Positions 48,408 to 59,030 of a stretch of 64,000 nt of DNA are shown here, one piece after another. Position numbers and translations under genes: made by a program. The stretch is from positions 6,247-70,246 of the forward strand of contig JAHLWZ010000860.1 in the NCBI GenBank assembly GCA_020536535.1, written 5' to 3'. Every line of letters starts with the position of its first letter. Position 1 is the stretch's first letter. This DNA is from Pelomyxa schiedti. Taxonomy: Eukaryota; Protista; Evosea. The notes beneath the pieces were generated by a model that had not been told where the DNA came from, made no database searches, and saw only the letters and a list, made by a program, of their open reading frames with translations.

Positions 48408-50700
48408 TGCAGTTGCAGTTGCCCCATTTTGGTGCAACTTGAAAGAAGACAACCACTCTTTCCATCTCTTTTTCAGTTGTGTGAACTGAAAATCACTTTC
48501 AGAGGACAAGTTGTACCGACAGAGTCCATCAACCATGCTTTCAATCTCCGAGACATCTTGGGCAAGAAAATCGAGGTGGAATTGGTTCACAGGGGAGAAG
48601 TCAGGCTCTGGAGATGTCTCCATCATTTTTGACATTTTGTCGATTGCGGCTTCCATTGATTTGTCTAAGAGCCCACGGATATAACACACTGCCCCATATT
48701 GTATCGGGAAGAAGTATTTCATCTTTACAACAGTGTTCATTGCTTCCTCGATGATCGGCGGTTGTTCATGGGAAAAAGAGGAACGGGGAATGGGATCGTC
48801 TGAAAACGGTGGAATTTTGGGGTTTTTGGCGAGAGAAACCTGAATCTCCAAAAGTTGTTGAAGGTGGCTTTGACACGATTGCAACAGAATCCAGGGGAAA
48901 GCAGAGCCTGCGGTGCCTGCCATGCTCTCGAATTTCTTCTTGTTTTGAAGGATATTGGTGAACAGATCCAGAGGGTGTGAAATATCTTCGAGGATGGGAA
49001 AGAAGAACAGTTTCAAGCTGCTTGCCAGAGTGAGGAACAGGTTGCAGAGAGCTTTCAGGTACACGACTGCCGCTGGTGCTGCTGTTGCTGAGGCTGCGGG
49101 AGGATCACCAACCCGATTTTGTGTTGTGATGGACAGTGCACTGTCGTTCATGCCCCTCAGAGTGGACACATAAATCGAAAGTGCAATCAATTGGTGTCGT
49201 TTCAGTTGCTCCTGGAATGGTGGCCTTAGTTTTTCTTTGGGAATGTATTTGCTCATGAACATGTCCCATTGTTGGTGTGATGATTTTTCTTGTAAGAACT
49301 CTTCACAGTGTCGAGAATACAACTTAAAAATGGAACTCGGTTGGGGACAAAGGGGAGCCACAGTGCAGTACCATTGCCAAGTTTGAGAAATGTGGTCGAG
49401 ATTGCCTGGTGTTGAAGCTACGCGCTCGAGCAAAGTGGATGCCAACAAACACTCGGTAACAGTGATTTTCGGTGTTGCTTGGAGAGAGAGACCAGGGCAT
49501 TTTAGAGCCAAGTGATGAGCAGCACAACTGGTGAAACTTAAGAACAGTCCTTGCAGAAGAATCAGGAATTTTTCCACCCACAGGTCTTTCTCTTCACTTT
49601 CTGCAGCATCAATGTCGTAAACAATGATTGTTTCAACTGGATTCAACAACATGTTGCATTTTGACCACCCAACGTTTCCTTTGCTGCAAAGTACAACTGA
49701 GCAAGGAGAGAACCTGACACCCAAAAGAGACTCACTGTGATTAAATAGAGTGTCCAGAAGTTGATTGAGCGAAGACACAAATTCTTTGTCACTTGAGGAA
49801 GTTGGAGAATCCAGTAAACGTTGTTGGTACGGCCAAAACTTGTTAGCCAATTCATAGACAGTGAATAAGTTGGTATCACTTTTACAGCAACATGAAGGAG
49901 GCGGAGACTTGACAATAGTATTTGCACCCTCCAACACTGTAACCAAATTTTTTTGGGAGATGCTGGTCTTACAATCGTCTTGTGCTAATCTCTTTACAAT
50001 CAAAGAACACTGAGCAAGAAGGAGAAATCGCTGAAACCATCCAACTGATGACAAGTCCTGGTGTGAACCTTTGTTAAACATCTCCAGCAAATCTGTTGTC
50101 GGCATTGAAGCCCATTTCTCTTTGAAGAGCAGGTAAAAGTCGTTAACGATTGGGAAAACTTGAATTCTAACCCGCTTTTCCAGATGCATAACTTGACACA
50201 TGAAACAGTTGAGAAGCTTTGTGTAATGGGTGCTGGCTGCATGTTCGGTCAGGATGGGATTTGCATTGGCATAAATAAAAATGGCACAAAGCAGATCGCG
50301 AGCACAGAAAGTGTCCACAATGGAGGGATCATTTGTGCTCCTTACCTCATTCAAGGTCTGCTGAATCCTCCCCTCAAAATATCTGATCGTGTTTGGCAAT
50401 TGTTTCCAGTGAACTGGAGTCACACGTGAATCACAATAATCTATGGACGCCATGTCCAGCTCCTGATGTGCAACCCAACCCTCAACAATTTTGTTGATCT
50501 TCCTTTGGAGGCATGTGAGGTGTTGGTGAAGCGATGAAAAAAGAAGATCCCCTTGAAGATCAATTTGTGGTTGCATTGCAGCAAGGCAACCGGAAAACTG
50601 TTGGGCAGTGCCACCGATTGCTGAGAGTCTGTTTTGGTGGATGTGGCTGACGATGCTGGCATAAACAACATCTAGAACCGGCAGAATATACTCAAACGAG
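29700..50700. repeat. Dispersed tandem duplication: ~29.7-37.3 kb versus ~43.3-50.7 kb, same orientation, offset ~13.5 kb
   Basis: Colinear, highly similar nucleotide and protein sequence, e.g. both copies read MQPQIDLQGDLLFSSLHQHLTCLQRKINKIVEG. Confidence 0.95.
38624..42796 (+). CDS. Intronless ~1390-aa protein: ARM/HEAT-like helical region, UBR-box-like Zn finger, Cys-rich C-terminus
   Basis: Single ORF (open from 38483, first ATG 38624); Leu-rich helical repeats; HTCITC...YCRGCIAASHYRH...ACCC at ~41990-42115; terminal CKHC..CEC..C..CTCGC. Confidence 0.7.
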   Translation: MSDREIQQNDLKSVVSSSTTPNYTPHQRPSPAYNVDEDLIDEYQSIQASCSLPLLRGSVPEPPAASASASASASASDLQQAATPARRPRLPAVPWARWLALVEKTVVAEYCHQLPISSSLAALRSMLSMLSLLRARRKLLSSLAPRPDQSSDGHGDGEKDSADEGVVKEMWNKLLPGVVFAFKIYSTTDVVVAAGQCLSLLVLEAHAAQGIFQPSLVDLYGTLKAVLDVVSKSSLVPLPIMAVVCKVLASLHKLLHKVYVTKKEEKILSEIENYIRCFRSNWQREQGGPELADAMCKLLRVNGQRPRWPRTRDVKWAATLLKIDLPLRLTEKLAVITSNLTKDASATEHSYLLFSPSLQCLKRHCYCDCDLSSTPGKICVISHNLCEALHALLRPPKFGVLQSALSGGLMEVVVVVLNSHPYTAVQVVCCQIMLVLLPHRQFSTICPVVQAVLKAVDRREPLQHFALSVLLALANYPRFESHRAVLDTVLSLTTKTDTAWEVIAKVSESHLEGHEAVKILHDLVEFLGSRSTALPKLPGYAIKVVSHVIGHITDSAALQDISWISEAFFSQYRQRNSFSYSEVCTFIECMALKVLSVPHLVKSGVLDILVPVLADSKSIVTGCKAVMRLVQDDLMKDVIASKMKPEVIKAIEMLGPTPTTSEVYYLWRTLVAFITSERSTYVPSELQPVVTAMLSGEFIILFPRAYEHMLLLSKSESSSFLPIMKNIPELFPRNSFSKTAADLIDRMTTSLSKDCRNSLPIPLPLVKLLLEFVLSVDEYISQSTWRSLLRLLKFKSGLEEALKLGILDILPHLAENIKKKEKHTQQEALKMLVRTFNYLQPHNIPRGTFLSYIQVLLEQFSYLQRVSFNTVWRGIACYFSGSSSGTLWEDVLLVMKKCPCLIKVQILALKTLHHSLSLEHIKAVNPSIEIIASILESKGKLSRNARWCKWAFRVVKHSHPSYLVCNVVELVQRNFVTFCFVALCPSQAKLCSSALKTLCFISSIPFGYEAINSICDIGKIITKVKTHHPNTVEPLLYLLKKSVHDTPSAQSAQSQLDKLPILESLSMYSRAHKLYVDVYTKLLQYSTPSPPKFGAPAPPTVGKICQSHAPDTLCFACYHFEEFHTCITCDGPSSSRNYCRGCIAASHYRHEISPPTLLVAACCCAPAGETSGLTIVVPDRGFFSADLSNSLQAALLQGCGLGRGQLEVRPPQTAVHIPDARRCLLVRVRAERHSDIHRAAAALRSADAAVLLLCAVRFPRVGGGSFLRTLSALALHMIGQFLCHSPTLLRLLLDNRVKMLEGPGPCGSADTQNSASSKKKPYSLRTQPQYTEGVKCLYEVPLSMCKHCWMPFERCECPVVDNYWCRNTGLIISKCTCGCRQRVLDIQSGR

Positions 50701-51280
50701 CAAGCTTCATCTTCGTTGAGAACACATGCAAGCAGATGATTGGTGTCAGCTGAAGAAAGAAAGAAAAAAAAAAAAGAGGGAAAAGTGAGAAGTTGTGGGA
50801 GTTTGACTCTTGCTCTTACTTGTTTGTTTTTGAAGCAATGCCATGTGCTCCCCCTGCTCTTTACTCAGGGGTGGTGGAATTGGAGTCGGAGCAGTATCCA
50901 CACAGTCAGGTGACCGTGAAGGTGGCGGTGGTGACGTGGCGGTCTTCGGGATTGGAGGGAGTGGCTTTACAGGAGGGCGAGACGGTTGTATGTCCTCTCT
51001 CTTTCCAGTTATACTGGTGCTAGTACTGGCACTAGCAGTATCACTAATAGTAGTATCTGGACTTGTTGTTGTTGACGCTGTTGCTTCCGTTGCTGTTGCT
51101 GTTTTATTTACAATTCTTGGCGTTGGATTCTGTACCGTTGGTGGCGGCATTTGAACATCAGGTTGTTGCCTAAGTTTTGGGGCTTTGAACACATAATGCA
51201 CTGGTGGCATCAGGTCAGCTGCTCCCCCAGTGGTCACGCCCCCTGGTTGACTTGCAACTGCCTGCTTTGGCTGCTGCGCT

Positions 51281-51369
<89 letters not shown>

Positions 51370-51891
51370 TTGTGCTTGTGCTTGTGCTTGTGCTTGTCGG
51401 GATGGAGGGAAGACCAGTGGCTGGAACATTGGAGAAGCAACATATGCCGGGTTTTGCTGTGGCTGTATATTCCCGCCCAGCGGTTGGATGACTGGGCGAG
51501 GGAACGCCGGAGGTGGAGGCAGTATATTCGCCGCCGATGGTTGTTGGTTATGCTGCGGGGGGAGAACACTGGGCTGGGGGTCCATCATTTGGCGCGGGAA
51601 CAAGGTCGTCGGCGCAGGGAGCACGCCCGGCGGCGGCGGCGGCGTCGCCCGAGGCGGCACGAAGCGGGACGACGGCGGCGGCGGCAGCGGTGGCTGCGGG
51701 GGCGGCGGCCCCGGGCCCACCTGGTGGACACCACCCATGTGGTTCGGCTCCACCGCGACGACCGCGTAAGATGCGGGCGGAGGCCCACGCGGAGGCGGCA
51801 TCGCCACGGGCACGACCGGGGGGTCGTAAGTGCGTGGCCTCCCTTGGTTAGATAACCATGGTTGTGGGATTGGTGAACCCAAGGGGTCCAT
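43251..51891 (-). CDS. Giant multidomain protein, copy B (paralog of 29626-38342)
   Basis: Exon 1 51891-50820 (Pro-rich, AQ repeat); exon 2 50749-45707; same kinase motifs (~47350-47710) and matching intron positions; stop at 43251. Confidence 0.85.
51283..51396 (-). repeat. (GCACAG/GCACAA)n hexanucleotide microsatellite encoding a poly-(AQ) tract
   Basis: About 19 units of tgtgcc/tgtgct on the + strand. Confidence 0.95.
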
Positions 51892-52056
51892 GTATGACCG
51901 GATTTTTTTTTTTTTTTTTTTTTTTTGATGTAGTTTTATGTTTCTCCGACCAATTTGATGTGTTGTTTCTTGTGAAAAATTGGTGGACTGTAGCTAGACC
52001 AATCATGCAGATTGCTTTTCTACTCCTGTTATTTTGTACTTTTGTTTATTGATACA

Positions 52057-53810
52057 TCAGCTGGGCCCGTAAATGATCAGTGTTGGCTGCTTGGGGTCTG
52101 GGTGGATAAAAGGGCGGGCACCGGGGTTTTCCGGCGGTAGTTGCACATAACCATTAGCATTAGTTCGACATCTGCGGTAAGTGTAAACAGCAAGAAGTGT
52201 GAATAACACCGTCAGGAGAATAGTTCCAGCGATGGAAGGAGCAGCAATTGCCCAGTTGATTCCTGTGTCGGGGGTAGAAAGTGAAAGAGACATAAGGCCT
52301 TGTGCGGAGGATGGCATTTCTGAGTCTCCCATTCTCAGGTTCTCTTTCCCTAAGGTGTCTTGATCTCTCCATTCAAGTTTACAGATTCCAACAAGAGAAA
52401 TCACAACACCGTTTGGAGACTTAAAAAGGCTTGACGCAAAGGTTATCCTATCAATTGGTGAGTGAGTACCCTTTACTCTGAAAAGGAAACAACACCAGAA
52501 TTCGTTCAGAAGAGGTCCGAGACTCACATTTACAGGAGAGAATCTGGAGTCATGTTGTACATCCGAAAAGTTATTTAGAAGGCTTCCGGCCCAGTCATAT
52601 GCCAACAAGTTGGTAACGCAACTACAGTTGCCTCCGGGAACTTGGCCGCCTTCAACGGAAATCTGTTCACGAACTCGCACACCTGGTGGAAGCATTAATT
52701 ATTGGGAAATGCAATTTCAGGATTGGCGCACTTTCACCAGACATAAATGAAAGGTCAACTGCACCGTTTTCGTTATAAGTGATTATAGACAACGCAGCTG
52801 ATGAATACTGGTACTCCATGGCACAGCTTGGAACTGCAACGAGTATGTCACTAAGGAAGAACGGATTGTCCTTGAGCATATCGGAGTCACAGGACGAATC
52901 AGAATTATTGCAGCTGAGATAGAACTTGATAGTAAAGTTGCCAAAGCAGTAGCAATCTAATTTTGAAAACTTAAGAAACAAATATTGGCAAGGTTGGCGT
53001 TCACCTCCTTTCGGAATTGATGTCAAAAGCACAAAGGCGGACGAGTAAGAATGTGGAATACATTCAATTTCAGTTGTGAGAACAGTAGCAGCATACTGTG
53101 ATGAAGGGATTGCTTCTGGCTTCGGTTCAACAGCAGTGACACAATAAGGGGGAGTGACTTGAATCAGGACATTGGCGATAATGGTGGTCCCAGAAACGCC
53201 TGATGTACCATAAACTGCAGCACCCAATGCCATAGGAGTGACAATATATCCAATTACAGAAGAATTGGCCCTTGTTGGAATCAAAGTGGTCTACATATTT
53301 TTAGTTCTCTCCTTGGTCTGTAAAGAACGAACACACAGTTTGAAATTCGGCATTGACAGCCGTGTAGTAGTCCTCCTTATCCGGCAAAACTCCGGTCCAC
53401 AAATCCACAGAAGTATCAATAACAACAGTGAGCAGGGAGTCCCCAGTCTCAGTAACAGATGCAGTTCCACATCGGGCCTCGTACTCCCCCAGGTCAAACA
53501 GCTTAGTCACGTTCATCTCACAAGGGTCTGAGGACCCACCAAGTTGGGCGACGTTCCAGCCATTGGGATCGGAATTGGAGAAGTCACAGGGGGTGGAAGT
53601 GTCATTTTTCTGAAAACGCAGGGCGCCCAGGGAGTAACTGTGGACCTCCACCAAGAGGTTCTGTCCCACAATCAGCGTCTGGAGTGTCCGCTTGTTTGCG
53701 CTATAAAAGTTGCCGTACCCAACGTAGGTGCACGTTGAGTCGCTGCCTGCTGCCAAGAACAGACAACATAATGAGGCTAATAATAAAACAACACCAGATG
53801 AGGCCACCAT
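52057..53810 (-). CDS. Type I membrane/surface glycoprotein of unknown function
   Basis: Signal peptide MVASSGVVLLLASLCCLFLAAG; Cys-containing ectodomain with NxS/T sites; TM segment WAIAAPSIAGTILLTVLFTLLAVYTY followed by RR; cytosolic YVQL. The three ORFs are joined by GT-AG introns near 53290-53336 and 52684-52737. Confidence 0.8.
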
Positions 53811-53970
53811 GGCTTCACGTCCGCGGCCGTAGTTCCGCGTATTTCCAGTTGCCAACTTCGGCTTTTTGTTCCTTTTGTTTTGGGGTACGAAAACAAGTTG
53901 AAACGTGTTGCGCTGGTTTTCGCCGTTATTTTTTGGGATTTTGGTGGTGGATTTGGGTTGTTACTGTCAG

Positions 53971-54763
53971 TCACTTCTTGGGGTATTTGAGGGGGTTTAA
54001 GTTGCAGAGAATGGAGTAGGCCTTTTGAGAGTACGCAGTGAACCCGTTGGTGCCAATAATGTCAGCTTCTACTTTGTTGCACTGCTCAATAACTTGCTTG
54101 ACAAGACCGGGATCAGTGATCCTCTTGATTGCCCTAATGAGTGGAATGAATAATAAAGACAAGAGGGGGATTGTGGATACTCTGGAAACATTTGCTGCTC
54201 CTCTTTTCTCACATGTGGTCCCATAAGCGAAAGATATGCTGTTGATGCCTGTATGATGGCCTCGCATATGGTCTTGCAACTCGTCCATGTAGCAGTACCA
54301 GCTTTTTCCAGTGCCATAGCATTTTGTGTAATATTTGAGACCAGTGACCTACAAAAAAACAGAGAAATTACTTCAGATTCTAGCTTTCAGTCATGAATTG
54401 GTGCATGTCGCATCCCAAAACAAAAACAAGCCCACAATAGCAAAAGAGCAACCTCGCTTCGCCATGTTCCGGCAGCAAAAACCCCAACGCCGGCGACGTA
54501 GGATCTACTCCAGCAGCGACCATTGCTCCCCTCAGAATGACCTCCTCCTTGTAGTGATGACACCTGTCCAGGAACACATAGAGCGCGTCACACACCTCCC
54601 TGGCCATGCCTCCCACAATCCCGGGACTGGGGTAGTCCCCCGCCCCTCCTCCCGCTTCTTCGTTGAGCTGTTTGGTGATCACATCGTTTGCCGCCCTGAG
54701 GCATGCCCAATACGTGGCCCCGACCCGGTGTTCTTGAACCAGCTTGGCAACAACTCCTTGCAT
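53971..54763 (-). CDS. Hemerythrin-like (HHE cation-binding) protein
   Basis: LVQEHR, CHHYKEE, LLPEHGEAR and HVRKEEQQMFP match the H..HxxxE..H..HxxxE di-iron ligand pattern; spliced. Confidence 0.85.
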
Positions 54764-55025
54764 GCTTGATTATGGGATACAGTATCGACTTCCACTTGTT
54801 ACGTGTGGCCACCCTGCCACTTTTTGGTTGCGTAACAGGTGGTCATCGGTGAGTAGCCCGAAAAAACCGGTTCGCCAACGAAAACAAACAAAAAAAAAAT
54901 AATAATATTATTCCATTCTTTGGGAATCAACTGGAGTCTGTTCTCATATTTACTACATTATAGGCGTACTGCTTATACATCGTTACAATCTACACAAGAG
55001 TTAGAGGCATAGTTTGTGAGTGTTC

Positions 55026-55646
55026 TCAGTGGTTGTTTTCTGTGTTGATCTTTTTTTCTTTTTCCTTGAACTGTTTTCCGTATGGGCTGTGGTGCCACGA
55101 CACGGCTCTTTGCTTTTTTATTTTTTCTTTGATTGTTTGCGCATTTCTTTTGTCTGTCCTCGAGTACAAATCACAACAGGGAGGAGGAGAAGAAGAAACG
55201 AACAGCACCTGCTGGAGATTGTACGACAGCTCAGGCAGCAGCACCGTATTCGTCGAAACGGCCTCCGGGGTCGACAGCCTGTAGTTGGCCCGCAGCGCCG
55301 CGAGCACCACGTCGTTCCGGGCCAGCAGCTGGTCGGCCAACTTGGTCACCTCAGACAGCGGGGGGTTGAGCGGCAGCGCGACGGGGGCGACCACGGGCGG
55401 CAGCTGTATCGAGGCCATCTGCTGCGGCGCGGGCGGCATGGCCACGGGCGCGGGCGGCATGGCCACGGTTATGGGAATTGGAGTAGGAAGGCCGGGGGTG
55501 CACGTGGCCGTGGCCGTGGCCGCGGTCGCCGCGAGCGGGGGCATGGGCATCGGCGATGATGGGACGGACGACTGCGTTGCGATGATCATGCTGGGTGTCT
55601 TGATCATCATTGGGGGCGGTGACATCGAGTGGGGGAGATGGGACAT
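55026..55646 (-). CDS. Small hypothetical protein, Pro/Met-rich N-terminus plus a short helical domain
   Basis: 206-aa ORF with GC-rich coding-like composition; the 3' end is probably altered by splicing. Confidence 0.55.
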   Translation of the reverse strand: MSHLPHSMSPPPMMIKTPSMIIATQSSVPSSPMPMPPLAATAATATATCTPGLPTPIPITVAMPPAPVAMPPAPQQMASIQLPPVVAPVALPLNPPLSEVTKLADQLLARNDVVLAALRANYRLSTPEAVSTNTVLLPELSYNLQQVLFVSSSPPPCCDLYSRTDKRNAQTIKEKIKKQRAVSWHHSPYGKQFKEKEKKINTENNH

Positions 55647-55944
55647 TTGTTTTGTTGTTTGTTTTGTTTGGGGTGTGGATGGATGCAGAGGACGTATTGT
55701 GTATGAGTCAGAAACGGTGTGTTGTTATGCTTCCCGTACAAATTCCCCTGGCCTGGGGTACCGGTAGCGCGTCACCTCGTACAAATAATAAGTTTTTGAT
55801 TGCCAAGACAGTGTTGATCAAGTCAAGAGGGGCCCCTTCACAGAAGTGTCAAAAAAGAACAACCGCATGGTAAAGGGTCTCTCGGGAGACAGCATTTGTT
55901 GATTAATCTTCGTTTATTCTTGAAGGAACAGGAGATCTGTCACG

Positions 55945-58613
55945 ATGTCTGACGCAACATCTACTTCATCTACTTCGGAAGTAGATGCGGATGTGCCGTT
56001 AGTTGGTCAAATGGAAGTTATCCCGCAAGCCGAGGGTGCTTGTTTTCCCGCATCACGTAGTTGCCATGTTGGTGTCTACACATATGATTTGAATTTTTAA
56101 TGCCGACTGAATTCATTGGGCATTTGTGTGTTACTAACTCACCTTTTTTCAACAGGTAGCCGCAGCAAATAGCTCTGGATTGGTTGTTTTTGGAGGCCTT
56201 GGTGACACTGGGCTTCATTGTGACACATGGGAGTTCACTTTCGCGTCTATGTCTTGGAAAAAAGTTGGTTTCTATCTACAGCATACAATTTGTGACACAT
56301 CCACGTTTTTTTACATACAGACAAGCAAGGCACCAACAAAGAATCATCCTCAGCCAAGGGGAAGACAACACGCAAGTGTAGTATGTTATATGGGAGAGAT
56401 TTACATGTTTGGTGGGGACTGTGGAGAGGGTGTCAACAATGAATTATGGCGGTACAACACACGTTCAATGTGGAACCTGGTACAGTTCAACAACTCTGCA
56501 CCACCGCCCACATGGGGGCACTCTGCTGTAGTTTTTCATGTAAGCAAGTTTAAAATTTCTTTAATTAATACTGGGGCTGGAAAAACCAGGATAATATGCT
56601 TGTGTATGGAGGTAATACCTCTAGTGGCCCGACCTCTGACCTCTATCGCTTTTCCTTTTCCAAGAGCTGTTGGGAACAGCTCAGTGCATCCAATTCTCCA
56701 CCTCCACAGATGTTTCACTCATCTGCACTCTTTGGCAATAGGCTGTATGTCTTAACTGGTAAGCGGATACAGACATCTCCTTTTTCCTAAAAAGAATCTA
56801 AAGCTTCCAAATCAAGTGACGTAGCACCTGCTTTTTATTGTCTTGACCTGGAAAGCCTAATGTGGAGTCAACTTCAGTCTCCACCAGTTTTGGGATTGCT
56901 TCGTGGTACTTCGCTTCTGTGCTTTTCTGCCGTAATCGTACTTTTTGGAGGAAAGTTAAAAGTACACCTCAAACTTTCTTCAATATGGAGTAACACCTTC
57001 CCAGAATGGAATCTCAAATGAACTGTGGTGCTTTCAGATTACAACTGGCCTATGGAAGAGTGTTACAATGAACAGAGGCTTAGTCCTTCCAAAACTCTAT
57101 TTTCATTCAGCCATCGAGTGGGGCAACTGCTTATGGATCTTTGGTGGTATTGGCAACAAAGGAAGTGCATGCGACTTAGTTTGTGTAACCGCTCCACATT
57201 CAACTGAAATCTGTAGTCGCTGGTCTGGAGCTCATGACTCATTCTCTGCTGTTCCTGAGGATGTTATGTTCGAAATATTAGCTTACTTGCAGTAAGTTAG
57301 TTGAGTCATGTACTGCTTTGACATGCCCACATAGAGCAAAAGATTTGGGTAGAATGTGCGCAGTGTCCCTCAGGATACGAAGATTAGCCTCAGAAAACTC
57401 ACTTTGGCGTTCCCATGTAGAAGCGCTATTGGTAATTTGAGCAAGTGAAAAAACAAAAGTATAACTAAACCTGTAGAAATATCATGCAGGAAAAGCTCTA
57501 TATCCCACATGCAGTCCCTTGCCAGATGTTTCCACTGATTGGCGGGAATTATACTACCACATCATGTTCCGCACTTCTTTCTACTATCATGGGGAATTCC
57601 TTCAAAAAGAAAGCTCAATGCAAAATCTGCGGGCGAGACATCTTGTGAGCTATAATAAGCATGCCCCACAATTTGAAACCACTATGGTAGTTTTTGGTAT
57701 GTTTCACAATACAATACTTTCAAACACATCAAGTCAATGACCAAAAACAAAAGGGGAGGAAGGAGTTGGCAAGGTTTATTCCCCTACTATTTCTCTGTAA
57801 CCTAATCTCAAATAAGTCGGCACTAACTATTGCACTGATAACTAACCATTTGTAAAGATGAAAAATGCCGATCAAATTTAACAACCTTCCCGTAGTGTTG
57901 ATGAATATGATCCGGAAATCATGGATTCGTACCGTAGACAGACCACAGAATATGGAGTGATGTTCCTGTAAGTCGGAGGAGCTCAAATTTTTCCTCACAT
58001 TATGGAAGGATGGATATTCTTGATACTACAAATAGAATTGGCCCACCGTTGCCGTCCATTATTTTTTTGAACCTAGTGACTCCTTTTAGGGAACAAAATT
58101 ACATTAACCATCACGTTCTCAAAGCAGTTGGGTTTATTGTGATTTATTCTGTGACTGATGCAAGTTCCTTTGCCGCAGTGGATAAAATAGTGAATGGGAT
58201 TGGAAAATCCCTAAACCTCACAGAGCCCTATGGTCCTTCGTGGCCTTCAATAGTTTTATGTGCCAACAAGGTTCTACCTCCGCCATATCTGCTGGAATTC
58301 GTTTAATGCGCTACAATAGTGCGATCTAGCTAAGGCGCGTGTGGTGAGTACCAACGAAGGACTTCTCAAGGCCATGAAAATCGGTTGCCCATACATAGAA
58401 ACCAGCTGCCGCGATAGGTTGTGTGTATTTCCTTGTTTTCACGCCAACAACAGAAACAGGAAAAACATTCTCGAAACGTTCTTGACTACTGTGCTAGAAG
58501 CGGCGCGTCTAACAGTTGTTCCTCCCTTTGCTGAATACTCTTCCCTCACATTTCACACTAGACCTTGTCAATGGAAGGCACCCTCCCCACAACCAAGTCC
58601 AAGTGTCTTGTGA
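55945..58613 (+). CDS. Kelch-repeat / F-box / Ras-like (degenerate) GTPase fusion protein
   Basis: Kelch blades (VVFGG..DTWEF, RGRQHASVVC..IYMFGG..NELWRY, GHSAV..LVYGG..DLYRF, FHSAI..LWIFGG). F-box at ~57240-57410 (FSAVPEDVMFEILAYLQ..DLGRMCAVS...LASENSLWR). Ras-like domain ~57680-58500 ([51 protein letters not shown]). Confidence 0.85.
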
Positions 58614-59030
58614 TGTAAAAACGAAAACCCTTTATCGGATCAACCCATGACTTTTTCCTTTAAATTATCACTCCCGTGATCAAACACAACCATGCTCAAT
58701 GTTGTGAGGCTCAATGGTGTTGGGGTGAATGCTATCATTGTGCCAGACACCCACATTAGCTACATTGATTCCACACTGCCAATTGTGAAGCACATGCTCT
58801 TGGAGCGTGACCCCAGCCACGACAAGTACAAACCCACAATCGCGCCATACGCACCATCGTAAACAGAAATAAAGCGGGTGCTTTCGCTGTTTTACACGGT
58901 CCAAAATTAATTACAATGGCAGCGCAGAGGACTGGACATTCTCACCCATTGACGACTCGGCCCGTGTCAACCACGGTGGGTTTGTGCAATGTCGTGTGGG
59001 AATTGTGGGAAGTAGTGGTGGAGATGGTGA

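Noticed and set aside
29626-51891. Duplication as an assembly artefact (two haplotypes)
   Set aside because: The first exons are largely unalignable, there are many indels and diverged blocks, and a unique gene lies between the copies. Long-read confirmation is still advisable.
52057-53855. Apparent frameshifts between three consecutive ORFs (pseudogene or recoding)
   Set aside because: Canonical short GT-AG introns join them in frame.
55200-55360. SSXT or DUF3755-like domain in the small Pro-rich protein
   Set aside because: Only a vague LL..N...L..L..N helical resemblance; insufficient without a profile search.
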